64,000 bases of DNA, from IMG/VR virus record IMGVR_UViG_3300030202_003189, positions 62,001 through 126,000 of that record; one strand, given 5' to 3'. The notes beneath the pieces are model-generated. The model searched no databases. It saw only the letters and a program-made list of their open reading frames with translations, and was not told the origin of the DNA. This document shows positions 29,592-40,400 of the stretch, piece after piece (within the stretch, counting starts at the first letter, position 1; each line of letters starts with the position of its first letter). The position numbers were made by a program, and so were the translations under genes.

Positions 29592-30535
29592 TTGTCTTTT
29601 ATGTATTTTGCTGTTCTTAATATCCCTTCTTCTAAATCTATTTTAGACGTAAAACCTAAAACTTCCTTTGCTTTTTCTACGCTTGGTATTCTAATTGCAA
29701 CATCCGCTGATAATGGTGGATCAAAAACAATTTTAGATTTAGAGTTTAGAACCCTACAAATTGTTTGTGCCAAACCTAAAATAGTTATAACGGCTCTCGG
29801 ATTACCTATGTTAAAACTTTCTCCTACGGCTTTCGGATTTATTATACACTCTTCTAAACAATCTACAAAATCGTCAACGTAACACCAGGCTCGTATTTGA
29901 TTTCCATCCCCATCAATGTGAATATCTTCATTTCGTAAGGCTTTTTCAATAAAAATTTGTAACGCTCCGTTAGCTGACTGTCCAGGTCCATAAACATTAA
30001 AAGGTCTAATAGTAACTACTGGTAAATTGTATTGAGTCGTATAAGCTTTTGCTAAATGTTCTCCGGCTAACTTACTTACTGCATAAACCCATCTAGCCTC
30101 ACCAGCAGAGCCCGCCACTGTTTGGTCTTCTTCTTTAGATTTGAAAGCCATTGAACCAAAGACTTCAGAAGTTGAGAATTCTACAATTCTATCTTTAATC
30201 CCTAGTCTCTGACATACTTCTAAAACATTAGCCGTACCTATCATGTTAACCCTCATTGTTTTAACAGGGTATTTTATTACCGTATCAATTCCAGCAATCG
30301 CGGCTGCGTGTATAACAATATCAGGGAGATTAGAACTCATGGATATAGATAGTTTATCATAGTCTAAAATGTCTCCTTTAATAATTGTTAAATTTTTATG
30401 ACCACTTAAACCACTAGAAGATAGGGTATCCCTCTCAAAATTATCATATACAGTAATTTTGTGAGTTTTTATAAATCTTTTAATTATTGTGTTGGCGATA
30501 AATCCAGCCCCTCCTGTTATAAAAATCTTTTTCAT
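29564..30535 (-). CDS. NAD-dependent nucleotide-sugar epimerase/dehydratase (extended SDR)
   Basis: [41 protein letters not shown]. Confidence 0.9.
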   Translation of the reverse strand: MKKIFITGGAGFIANTIIKRFIKTHKITVYDNFERDTLSSSGLSGHKNLTIIKGDILDYDKLSISMSSNLPDIVIHAAAIAGIDTVIKYPVKTMRVNMIGTANVLEVCQRLGIKDRIVEFSTSEVFGSMAFKSKEEDQTVAGSAGEARWVYAVSKLAGEHLAKAYTTQYNLPVVTIRPFNVYGPGQSANGALQIFIEKALRNEDIHIDGDGNQIRAWCYVDDFVDCLEECIINPKAVGESFNIGNPRAVITILGLAQTICRVLNSKSKIVFDPPLSADVAIRIPSVEKAKEVLGFTSKIDLEEGILRTAKYIKDKWKVTETVD

Positions 30536-31878
30536 ATTAATATTTCTTTTTCAAATTTAATCGCAACCGCCTTGTGAGTTGAGGTCTTATTGTACCATTC
30601 TAAACCGTTTTTGGCAATCTGTTTCATTTCTTCTACTGGTAATTCTAAGAAAGAAAGTAATATATTACCAAAATCATTTGGGTCTTTTCCTAGATGAATA
30701 ACAGGACAGTTAGGTGCGTCTATATTTTTATTTGCGGCTTCCATTGCTTCTGGAGTGAAGTTATTGATTGTGGCAAAGGTTATATTACCAGTCATTAATG
30801 CTTCAACCGTACTTCCCCCGAAATAACCAACAAATGGATTAAACTCATCTATGTATATGTGAGACATTTCTTTTAGTTTCATTATTTCACTATTATCTAT
30901 CCATCCAGTTTCTTTATCACATAAGTGTTTGGTTTTCTCATATGTTTGTGGTGTAATAAACTTAAACTTCTTTTTGGTACTATCTTTTGAATTCTTTTCT
31001 AAATACTCTATAACTTGTGTTGTAATACTTGTTATTAAATCGGTTCCCTTCATCTCTTTAGAGGTTGGGGCGTGGAAGATGATAATCTCATTAGTATCAA
31101 ACTTCTCATCGATTAACTTCTCTACCTTTTTTCTGTCTAAGTCTTTATCGTAAGAGGTATATAAAGTAACATGGTTTTCCTTCTTACTCTTCTCTTCAAT
31201 TCCAATAGAGTTCATAAACAAACCCATAAATTCAGGGAATATACCTGGTTTATCAAGACTGTTGGTTGGGGTGGTGTCATACCAAGAAAGTCTATAAAGA
31301 TCCACACCATGTATTAATTTATTAAAGTGATTAATCCCTATAAGGTTAAACAGTTGAAAATTGTTTCTATAGTGTGTCCCTGTATGGTATAAATGAATAT
31401 TTTTATTTTTTCCGGCTTTCGTATCCTCTAAAAGATTAATACCTGTCATTTCATTTATCCTACCAATCCCAGTTAGTCTGTTTACTGGATTCTCGGTTCC
31501 AGCTTTATTAAAAGTTTGTAAATATTTTTGTACACTCCTTTGTCCCTTACTGTTGAGTAGTTTTTCTGGTGCGAAGTCTTCTTGGAATGGAGATCTTTCA
31601 GGGGCAAATATGATATGATCCGAATCTAACAACCAATCTTTCGCAGATTTAACATCCTCTTCTCTAATAATAAGATTACCTTCGGCATCCATATCGTTTA
31701 AGTTATAGTCATGTTGTTTTGTGAATTTGATTGGGTGAGGAATTTCACAAATTACTTTAGATTCAAACTCATCGCAATGACTATTAATTGCGGCAGAATA
31801 CTCAGTCATAACATTTGCGTAATCTTTCCACCCTATAAAACTTACCTTTTTCTTTTTTATTTCTTTATCCCTTTGCAT
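30532..31878 (-). CDS. divergent GT-B-like glycosyltransferase
   Basis: IFHAPTS..MKGT, IYIDEF...[13 protein letters not shown]; inside the sugar cassette. Confidence 0.6.
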   Translation of the reverse strand: MQRDKEIKKKKVSFIGWKDYANVMTEYSAAINSHCDEFESKVICEIPHPIKFTKQHDYNLNDMDAEGNLIIREEDVKSAKDWLLDSDHIIFAPERSPFQEDFAPEKLLNSKGQRSVQKYLQTFNKAGTENPVNRLTGIGRINEMTGINLLEDTKAGKNKNIHLYHTGTHYRNNFQLFNLIGINHFNKLIHGVDLYRLSWYDTTPTNSLDKPGIFPEFMGLFMNSIGIEEKSKKENHVTLYTSYDKDLDRKKVEKLIDEKFDTNEIIIFHAPTSKEMKGTDLITSITTQVIEYLEKNSKDSTKKKFKFITPQTYEKTKHLCDKETGWIDNSEIMKLKEMSHIYIDEFNPFVGYFGGSTVEALMTGNITFATINNFTPEAMEAANKNIDAPNCPVIHLGKDPNDFGNILLSFLELPVEEMKQIAKNGLEWYNKTSTHKAVAIKFEKEILI

Positions 31879-32453
31879 AAGTATATATTTTGTTTACCAT
31901 GTTGTCCTTCCGCAATAGCGGTTATCTCAACATCTAATTTTTTATTATATCGTTTAATTACCTCATCTTTATCCTTAAAGTGTCTTACATGACTCTCAGT
32001 ATCAAAACTGGGAACACTGAAAAAGATAACATCTCCCTTATTTAACCTATCCAAGATTTCCATATCAAAAGGAATGTGCTCGAAAAATTCAAAGGAACAG
32101 TATATTACATTATCGTGAGAAGGAAAATCCTTTTCCAAATCCATTAAAAAGAATTTCTTTCTTTTCCTATCCTTCCAATTAGAAACCTTACCTTTATTAA
32201 TCGCCTCAATCGAAAAATCGTATCCGAAGTACTTAATATTATCATCCTTTAACATGAGTGGAAAATGTCCTGGACCACAACCCAAATCAACAATAGTGTC
32301 TAGTTCTGGTCTTTCATATTTTATGTAATTCATAATATCTTCTACAGCACAAGTCCAAACAATATAATACATTTCCATTTCACTAGGCGAAACGTCATAA
32401 TCTCCTTTACTGTAAGCATTATCGTAATATTCGGCTTTTTGATATTCTCCCAT
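31857..32453 (-). CDS. class I SAM-dependent methyltransferase
   Basis: IVDLGCGPG, GYDFS, EFFEHI, FSVP, HVRHF. Confidence 0.85.
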   Translation of the reverse strand: MGEYQKAEYYDNAYSKGDYDVSPSEMEMYYIVWTCAVEDIMNYIKYERPELDTIVDLGCGPGHFPLMLKDDNIKYFGYDFSIEAINKGKVSNWKDRKRKKFFLMDLEKDFPSHDNVIYCSFEFFEHIPFDMEILDRLNKGDVIFFSVPSFDTESHVRHFKDKDEVIKRYNKKLDVEITAIAEGQHGKQNIYLCKGIKK

Positions 32454-32457
32454 TTAT

Positions 32458-33210
32458 TTAATCTTTATAAACAGCTTTTGAGACCTCCTGTAGTTTTTGT
32501 ACATACTTCCAATATTTAGTTTCTCTAACGTCGGTTAAATCTTTTTTTGGCCATATCCAGTTATTTCTCTCTCCTTCTAGATAATGTGAACCATGTCCTG
32601 GTGGTTCACCATTTGCCCAAGCCTTTCTTCTTCTTTTTAGAGTTCCTTCTCTTTCTTCTTTAGTTTTAGTATTTCCATAATTAATCATCATACCTTCTAT
32701 TACCCCTAGTCTCTGACCAGGAAAAGAAACATCATCTGCCAAATAACGTAAAACAGGATTATATTTGTGTATCATGTTAAACTTATTTAATGTTCCATAA
32801 TGAAAATAGGTGTTAAATGGATCTTTTTTTCCTCTTTCCTCTCCAGTGTTAAAAAAGTTAACACATTCTATTTGTGCTAAGTTAAAACCTCTTCTATCTA
32901 GTCTTGATAATGCATCATGAAGGGGTTCTATTGTTACTGGAAACAAATCACATCCATTATAAATTGCCCAATCAGGTTTTTCTCGGTGAAGGGTTTTTAC
33001 AATATCATTTTGTAACATCCTTAAATCAAAAGAGTCACCAGTATCTAATCTATGTGACGGAACTTTATTTTCTTGGAGATATTCCCAAGAACCATCAGTA
33101 GACATATTATCTATGATATATGGTTCTAGTTTATTTTGTTTACAGTATTCTAATTTTAATGGAAGATATTCTCTTTCGTTCCACACTGTTAATATACACA
33201 TTACTCTCAT
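32458..33210 (-). CDS. GT2-like glycosyltransferase
   Basis: VWNE, IIDNMSTDGS, PDWAIYNGCD (variant DxD). Confidence 0.7.
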   Translation of the reverse strand: MRVMCILTVWNEREYLPLKLEYCKQNKLEPYIIDNMSTDGSWEYLQENKVPSHRLDTGDSFDLRMLQNDIVKTLHREKPDWAIYNGCDLFPVTIEPLHDALSRLDRRGFNLAQIECVNFFNTGEERGKKDPFNTYFHYGTLNKFNMIHKYNPVLRYLADDVSFPGQRLGVIEGMMINYGNTKTKEEREGTLKRRRKAWANGEPPGHGSHYLEGERNNWIWPKKDLTDVRETKYWKYVQKLQEVSKAVYKD

Positions 33211-34781
33211 CCTACTACATTTATAAATTGTCCTATTATTCTTCCTTTACGTTCTTGTCCTAAAGCCCCTCCAATAAAAGGGAATAGTCTTTCTCTGTAA
33301 TCTTCTTGTAAACGATGAAGTTTATCTTCATCTTTATCTCTGGTTTTACTCTCATAGTGGTATGCCACGGCATCACTCACAAATAAATTAATCTTTCCTT
33401 CTAATAAAATTGAGAAATTTAATTCAGCATCCTCAAAACATTCCGTGTAGGTTGGGTTAAACCCACCAACCTTTAAGAATAGTTCTTTTTGTACTAATAA
33501 AAAAGCCCCAGTATTACCAACGACTGGTGCGACACCTTCAAAACTATGTCGATAAGCTTGTCGTAAATTATAGTGGGTTATTTCGATACGACTTAAACCT
33601 TGTTCGCTCAACCATTCTTTCTTTAACCATAATAACATACCACCATGTTGTACGGTATTGTCTTCAAAATGTAATCTAGCCCCAACAGTACCAACCTTCT
33701 TTCTATTTTTTATCCAAGTTGATACCATTCTACTAATAGCATCATTAATTAACTCAATGTCATTATTACAAAATAATAGTAATTCTGAATCTTCTGAAAT
33801 ATGGTCATAAACAACTTCATTATTAATTTGTGCAAAGTTATAGTAATCAAATTTTACTAGTTTTATTTTTTCATAATTTCCACAGAATTCTTCTATCTGT
33901 TTCATGTTCTTATCTTCACTCCCAGTATCTGCAACTATAATCTCATAGTTAACGTACTTTGTTTTGTTAACGATTGAATTGAGGCAATTAAAAAGGATAT
34001 CTATATTATCCTTTGTTGGGATTATGATTGATAGTTTTGGTTGTTTTTTAATGTAGGTTTCTTTCTCAGGATAGAAAATTTCAACGGGTACCTCGCTAGG
34101 TAAGTTTGAAGAGTAGGTTTCCACAAATTTAATTCTGTTTTTTTCCCATTCTTCGTTGGTTTCACCAATGGACTTATGTGTAATTCTAATATTGGTAATC
34201 ACACCTATCTTTACTTCTTCTAAATGATTTCTAAAAGAGAAGTCCACATCATAAAAATGAAAACCTCTTACTTCTTTGTTAAAATTCTTTTTTAATTTCG
34301 TACGATCAACACCAAAGAATAATCCGTCAACCATTACTACTGGTATAATATCATTTATAAAAGCTTTAGAGTATTGTGACTCCCAGGTCTTTCCTTCGTT
34401 AGAGTGATTTACAATACCCACCATATTAGACAATGGTTTGTTTATGTCGTCCCACCATCTTCCAGTTTCAGGTAACCTTCTTGTTCCGGCTAAACCTAAT
34501 ATACCATATTCCGATTCCTTAAAATGTGAAATGATTCGTTTTCCCCATTTTTTAGTGTTAAAAATAATATCGTCATGACAAAATATAATGATGTCATTTT
34601 TTGCCTCTTTAAGTGCCTTGTTATAGATTTCCGTTAAGGAGGTCCCATTAGGATTCTCATAATGTAGAACTTCAAGGTCTTTAACGCCACAAGTATCTGT
34701 TATGTGTTTTACATAAGTTTCTTCTAGTTTTCTTGTACTAAATACTACTGTTAATTTCATTTTATTTTCCTGTTGACCCAA
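33207..34781 (-). CDS. two-domain GT2 glycosyltransferase
   Basis: Domain 1: YN.A, FCHDDI, VDG, GFHFYD. Domain 2: SIIIPT, VADTGS, FCNNDI, TGAFL, VGGF, EDAE. Confidence 0.85.
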   Translation of the reverse strand: MGQQENKMKLTVVFSTRKLEETYVKHITDTCGVKDLEVLHYENPNGTSLTEIYNKALKEAKNDIIIFCHDDIIFNTKKWGKRIISHFKESEYGILGLAGTRRLPETGRWWDDINKPLSNMVGIVNHSNEGKTWESQYSKAFINDIIPVVMVDGLFFGVDRTKLKKNFNKEVRGFHFYDVDFSFRNHLEEVKIGVITNIRITHKSIGETNEEWEKNRIKFVETYSSNLPSEVPVEIFYPEKETYIKKQPKLSIIIPTKDNIDILFNCLNSIVNKTKYVNYEIIVADTGSEDKNMKQIEEFCGNYEKIKLVKFDYYNFAQINNEVVYDHISEDSELLLFCNNDIELINDAISRMVSTWIKNRKKVGTVGARLHFEDNTVQHGGMLLWLKKEWLSEQGLSRIEITHYNLRQAYRHSFEGVAPVVGNTGAFLLVQKELFLKVGGFNPTYTECFEDAELNFSILLEGKINLFVSDAVAYHYESKTRDKDEDKLHRLQEDYRERLFPFIGGALGQERKGRIIGQFINVVG

Positions 34782-35382
34782 AACCGTCTGCGCCTCTGTC
34801 AGTTTGGGTTGTTATCTTATTATTTATTAGTTCCACGTACTCCCCAGTAACTACTGGACATAAACAAGCTTGGGCAATACGATCACCTTTTCCTATTATT
34901 CTTTCCTCACTACTAAAATTAGCTAGAATAATTTTTATTTCACCTATATATCCTTGATCTATAGTACCAGGAGAGTTTAACACAAACAAACCTTCCTTAA
35001 GAGATAATCCAGACCTACTTCTAACCTGAACCTCAAATCCTTTGGGTATTTCTAAACTAATTCCTGTTGGTACCAAACCAACTTCTTTTGGTTGTATAGT
35101 TATCCCCTCTGATGCTCTTAGGTCAAAACCACTATCTAGTTTATAAACAAAAGATGGGTCTTCATTGTCTGATTTATTCTGGAATTTTAGTTCTATTTTT
35201 AGATTCTCGTTAAATCCTGCAATATTATTTTTCATTTGTTGCTCCTTATAGTCCAGATCAACTTGATCAATCTCTTTTGTTAAGTCTATCATTTCATCTA
35301 GAGTTGCATCTGATGACATGGCCTCGTACTTGTCCACTAATTTTCCAAAAACTTTTTCTAAATCATTAATATTGTCATTCAT
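34762..35382 (-). CDS. dut: trimeric dUTPase
   Basis: SGFDL, RSRSG, NSPGTIDQGYIGEI, GDRIAQ, RGADGFGSTG. Confidence 0.95.
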   Translation of the reverse strand: MNDNINDLEKVFGKLVDKYEAMSSDATLDEMIDLTKEIDQVDLDYKEQQMKNNIAGFNENLKIELKFQNKSDNEDPSFVYKLDSGFDLRASEGITIQPKEVGLVPTGISLEIPKGFEVQVRSRSGLSLKEGLFVLNSPGTIDQGYIGEIKIILANFSSEERIIGKGDRIAQACLCPVVTGEYVELINNKITTQTDRGADGFGSTGK

Positions 35383-35383
35383 T

Positions 35384-36082
35384 TTATAAATTTTTAACTT
35401 TTTTAATTATTTTAATTAACACACTCACATCTTTTTCGCAGTAATGCATAATTTCGTTTTTCTTATTGCTGTACCAAGATTGGTGTATATTCTCTCCAGT
35501 AATCTCACCTTCCTTAGGTGAAGGTATTCCCATAACAGAAGTTACAAGATGTAATGAGGATAGTCCCTTGTAGGATCCAAAATTCCACATCTCCTTTGTA
35601 TCTAGAGCTTTAACTTCCCAAGGTTTTGTATCATGAGATGGTAATAAAGAAGGTGGCTTAATCCCGTTAATTAACATCCTTTTACCTAGATAAGGTAAGT
35701 CGAAATTTTTAATATTATGACCACATAGTGTAAAACCAACCTTTTCTATTTTATTTAGTAATTCTGTTAGTTGTATTAAATCATCCTTTTCGTTACCACT
35801 ACAGAAGGATTGTAACTTTTCTTTTTTTCCATTTATAAAACCCACACTAATACACACAATCTTACCAAACTCAGGTAACAATCCAGAATATTTTTTATAT
35901 AAGAATTCACAACTTTTATCCTCATTTTCAGGATAGTGTCTTCTAAAATAAGAACATCCTATAGAATCCCATAATTCCCAAAGGGATATATCTCTTTCTT
36001 TAAGTTCGTGGGAATCTTTATAGGAACCAGCGGTCTCTATATCTATAAACAATAATTTATTTTCATCTATGTTTTCTAACAT
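35384..36082 (-). CDS. stand-alone DEDDy 3'-5' exonuclease (PolB exo-like)
   Basis: FIDIET, GHNIKNFDLP, LDT, YCEKDV. Confidence 0.85.
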   Translation of the reverse strand: MLENIDENKLLFIDIETAGSYKDSHELKERDISLWELWDSIGCSYFRRHYPENEDKSCEFLYKKYSGLLPEFGKIVCISVGFINGKKEKLQSFCSGNEKDDLIQLTELLNKIEKVGFTLCGHNIKNFDLPYLGKRMLINGIKPPSLLPSHDTKPWEVKALDTKEMWNFGSYKGLSSLHLVTSVMGIPSPKEGEITGENIHQSWYSNKKNEIMHYCEKDVSVLIKIIKKVKNL

Positions 36083-36093
36083 TCTTGTGTGAT

Positions 36094-37290
36094 TTATTTA
36101 TTAACAATACTTCTATACCATTCGGCTCTGTTTTTTGTAACTTCTTTAATATGGTACTTTTGAACATCCTCATAAAGTTGTTCCCCTAACTCTTTAATCA
36201 TATTTGGATTATTGATTAGGGTTTTAATGTGTTTGTACCACCATTTATGATTTTTTGTAGTTGGGACAAGTAGGGAATTCTTCCCATGTACTAAGTCAAT
36301 AGTATAAGGACCAAAATCCTGTGCGATAAGTGCTTTCTTATGGAAACCAGCCTCCACAACTTTTAATTGTGATTTTACTTTATTAAATGTTGTTTCTTTT
36401 AGTGGTGCTAAAGAAACATCCATTAAATTATAATTTGTTGCATAAGTTGTAATTGGCTTCGTCCATACTCGTCTATAGTTATCGTATATGTTTTTAGGAG
36501 TACCTTTTTTGAACTTTAGTAATTTTTCTACATCTTCTTTGTTATTCATTATGTCATAATCTGATGTCATTATTTGTTCATACTGGTACCATACCGATTC
36601 TTGTGGTGTGATCTTTCTGGTTCTTTTTCTTCCTTGTTGATCTATTTCAGTCATAGACCCTCTAGTATCGAAACCACATAAAACCATTTGGTATTTATCT
36701 TTTAGGGAGGGATCGGCTTTTAGTTTCTGAATATTACCACGTAATATTTCTAAATCGTGTTTGTGGGATGAACCACCAAGCCAACCAACTCTCACCTTAT
36801 CGGATTCTTCTGGGTTTGGAGTAAATTGTCTTTTTGATGGGTCGATAGCATTAGGGAATATCTCTACATTCCTATTATGTTGTAACATTTCCTCGGCAAA
36901 TACTTTGGTAGTTGTTGTTACATACTCAGCGGCTTGGATATTGGCTATTATTCGTTGATTAATTTTTTCTTCTACAATCATGGCGTGTGCTGGGTGTTCA
37001 GGACCAGGCATCCAATAATCATCTAAATCCATAATAGTGATAATCCCCCATTTTTTACAATCTTTAAGTAACCTTAGACAATTACCCCAATCACCCATAC
37101 CTCTATGAAAATGAACAATATCAAAATCTTGCCAATAGGTATCTCTATTAGTCCATGGGTTATAATTTATTTCTACTCTAAATTCGTTAGGGTAATATTT
37201 TTCTAATGCGATGTGAGGATCAATCGACCTGAATGAACCAACCCCTGTTCTATCTGAAGGGACAACTAATATTTTTATCTTTTCTGACAT
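36094..37290 (-). CDS. glycosyltransferase, GT-B fold
   Basis: GVGSFR..P, MDLDDYW, PNAID, VGWLGGSSH..DL, DVSLAPL...FN..KSQLKVVEAG. Confidence 0.8.
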   Translation of the reverse strand: MSEKIKILVVPSDRTGVGSFRSIDPHIALEKYYPNEFRVEINYNPWTNRDTYWQDFDIVHFHRGMGDWGNCLRLLKDCKKWGIITIMDLDDYWMPGPEHPAHAMIVEEKINQRIIANIQAAEYVTTTTKVFAEEMLQHNRNVEIFPNAIDPSKRQFTPNPEESDKVRVGWLGGSSHKHDLEILRGNIQKLKADPSLKDKYQMVLCGFDTRGSMTEIDQQGRKRTRKITPQESVWYQYEQIMTSDYDIMNNKEDVEKLLKFKKGTPKNIYDNYRRVWTKPITTYATNYNLMDVSLAPLKETTFNKVKSQLKVVEAGFHKKALIAQDFGPYTIDLVHGKNSLLVPTTKNHKWWYKHIKTLINNPNMIKELGEQLYEDVQKYHIKEVTKNRAEWYRSIVNK

Positions 37291-37378
37291 ATGAATGTAT
37301 TTTAGATAATAATAATAAACAATTTTAAGAATTAAATCAAATAACTATGATATATTAAAATAGTTACGAACCTAAATA

Positions 37379-37385
37379 TATTTAT
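37379..37385 (+). promoter_or_regulatory. putative late promoter element TATTTAT
   Basis: In the divergent intergenic region, 18 nt before ATG at 37404. Confidence 0.5.
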
Positions 37386-37403
37386 CTATATAAAATAAAT
37401 TAA

Positions 37404-40400
37404 ATGGCGATACAAAATTACGGTTTTAATAATCTAGATGCAAAGATAAGTAACGATTCTTATTGGGACTTTTTCCTTTCTTCGGACCAAAGGGACTTCA
37501 ACCAAGAAGTAATATACTCAACAGAGATAATAAGTTATAGTGCTCAAACTAGTTTATTTAGTAATTCATTCTACTCAACTAGATTACCCATCTATATGGA
37601 TCTAAATGATCCAGAGTGTTCCCCTCAACTTGAGATTGGTACTTTGGCAACTCATGACCAGGGTGGAATTTTAACAATTAGTTTGGGTGGTGCAGATGTT
37701 AATAGAACTGCTGGACTCTACCACATTACCTCAACTTGTTCAGATACTTTAGGTGTCCAACCAACTGCGATGTTTAGTCTCGCTAATGGTGTAGTTGGGT
37801 GTGGGGCATCATTCTATCTTGTGGTGGACGGAGCTGGGGCTGCAACATTAAGTGGAAGCTCAGCTTACTTCAATTCAATTACTGGAGGGTACGGATATAA
37901 GGTTGGAGACATTCTAACAATACCCGATTCAAATTTAGGAGGGGGAGGTGCGGTTGATTTGGTAATTACGGTTGCTTCTGTTACAACTAGTACCGTAATT
38001 AATGGAGGAAGATTTCTTTCGGGAAATACTCTTTTAAGTAAAATGGCTTGGAATTATGCTTCGGTGACAGACTCACAAGAAATTATTGATATTGGATTAA
38101 CCGGTTTAGATAACGCATTGACTCCAACATTCACAGGACACTCATTAAATTTAGCCACAAGTATTCCAACAACACCAGAAGATTATACCTTCGAACCCTC
38201 ATGGTATGATTATAGAATGAAAATGAAACAGGTTAGTGGGTATACATCATTTTGGGATAAACGAACTAATGGTGAAATATTAACTTTTAGTGTGAGTGTT
38301 GGAGGTACTAATGTTAATAGACCAGCAGGGACCTATACGGTAAATTATGGGAATTATACTACGACGTCAACAGATGGAATTAACGCATCATTTTCAATAG
38401 TAGTTGACGGTAACGGTGTGACTTCCGTTGAAGATATCACAATACAGGATGCTGGTAATTATTATCTAGTTAATGATCAGATTGCAATCCCGGATGCGAT
38501 GTTAGGTGATGCAGCAACAGGAGGTAACCTAACAATAACAATAGATACTGTTAGTACAGGGGTAATAGATGGAACTATAACATATCCAATTAGGTCTGAC
38601 TTTGACAGAAGTGGATTTTTCTATCAACTATATGGAGGATGGTTCCAAGGATTCTATAACTTCTTTAGTTACGGTTACCAAGTTTTACCAAAAAGAATGG
38701 ATAAAGGGTGGACGGTAGAATGTTTATTAAAGGTTCGTTCATCAGGTTCTAGTTGGAATAATGAGAAGGTTGTTAATTTGAATAACTTATACCCAGATAA
38801 TGAAGGTATATTCTTTTATTATGGAGCTCGATCTGAAAATAAATTTTGGAATTGTTATGGTGGAGAAACAGGATACACGATTTCAAATAATGTAACTGCT
38901 TTGTATAATTGTACTGGTTCGTGTAAATATACTGGAGTATCTGCAGACACTTGTCAAAGTGCACAAAATTTTAGTTGTGCCGATGGTACGTGTACGGATG
39001 AAGTTAGTTGTATAGACCCTAACCAATGTAATTCAACTTGGGCCTATAATGGAACCAATACAGGATGGACTTATGATGACCAGATGTTTAGTGGAGATTT
39101 CTACACAAGTGCACAAACCGAATATCAAATAATGAGTAATAACTTTGCACTAAGATTAAGTGGTGGACCAGAATATGGTGGTTATAAATTAGGTTATCGG
39201 GCATTACGTTTTACTGGAGACACTGCGATAACTGGAACAAGTGATAGTTTTGCTTGTTCAGGTGGTACCTATGCAACTGGATTTACTATAGAAGAACAAT
39301 ATTCTCCACTTCAAATATGTACAGGTAATACCAAAGATTCATGGATTAAGGTAGATGCTGTTTTCAAACGTAACAACTTCTATGGTACAGACTTAGAAAA
39401 ATTATGGAGAGGAGGGACAAATTTAATAACAACGCTAACTTGTGAGGAAGAAACCTTTGAGATGTCTGGGTCGAGTGCAACAACAACAAATGTTATTGAG
39501 GGTGAAAAATTATTTATACAAAACATTGCATGGACAGGGGATAAATCAAACAGAATAGGAACCTTAACTCTTTACGCAAACTCTAGACCAGTACTTGTAG
39601 TGGAGAATTTTGAGGAAATTATACCTCGTAGACTTAATGAATTACCCCCAAAGCAACTTGCAGAGCCCTTTAATATGAGTTTTGGTGGTGGGTCTCAAGG
39701 ATTATACGACTCGTTAACATTGAGTGGGACTCCAGGAGAAGCTGCGGTCTTATGGGGACAAAGTTTTACCCAAACTGCATTACTAAATGGATTACGAGAC
39801 TGGCAACCAATGATTAAAGGACACATATGGAGTATGGAAGAACCTAACTCACCAGAACCGACATGGACCGCCGGTGTGTATGCACCGATTGCGGTAACTA
39901 GTGACGCACCAGGGGTGGGATACGGGGCTAATATTTCAATAACCATTGACGCTACAGGTAATATGGTTGTATCTCCTATTGCGGGAAGTTTAGGTGTTGG
40001 ATTTCAAGACGGAGATATCATAACCGTTCCAGTTGCTCAATTTGGTGGGACAGGCCCTAATGCCGAAATAGAAGTAACTCAAACTAATAATGGTACAATA
40101 ACTTTTAATGATGCTACAGGAGGGGATAATGTTACATTGGATACCACTACCAGTGTCTATGGAAATCAGATAGCAAAATTATATTATAAAGAGTATAGGG
40201 CACCCGCATTAAATGATTCTGGAGTCCTTGAGTCTAGCGGTTATCAACGTCCTGTGGTTGAAGGAGAAACTTATGATATCTTTTTACGAGGGTATGGGGT
40301 AAGTGGAACAACTTCTATTGATATGGGGTTCTCTGCGACCACAGCTAGTACTTCCCCATTTAATCAACCTTACCCAACAGGGCCAGAGGTTACTTATGTA

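Noticed and set aside
19182-37290. Host O-antigen locus or bacterial contamination
   Set aside because: Genes overlap seamlessly with phage-type genes, composition looks uniform, and no membrane assembly genes are present. Read-level confirmation is still needed.
19182-37290. DNA hypermodification as the main role of the GTs
   Set aside because: No hydroxymethylase, TET/JBP or base-kinase gene in this window. Not excluded, since such genes could lie elsewhere.
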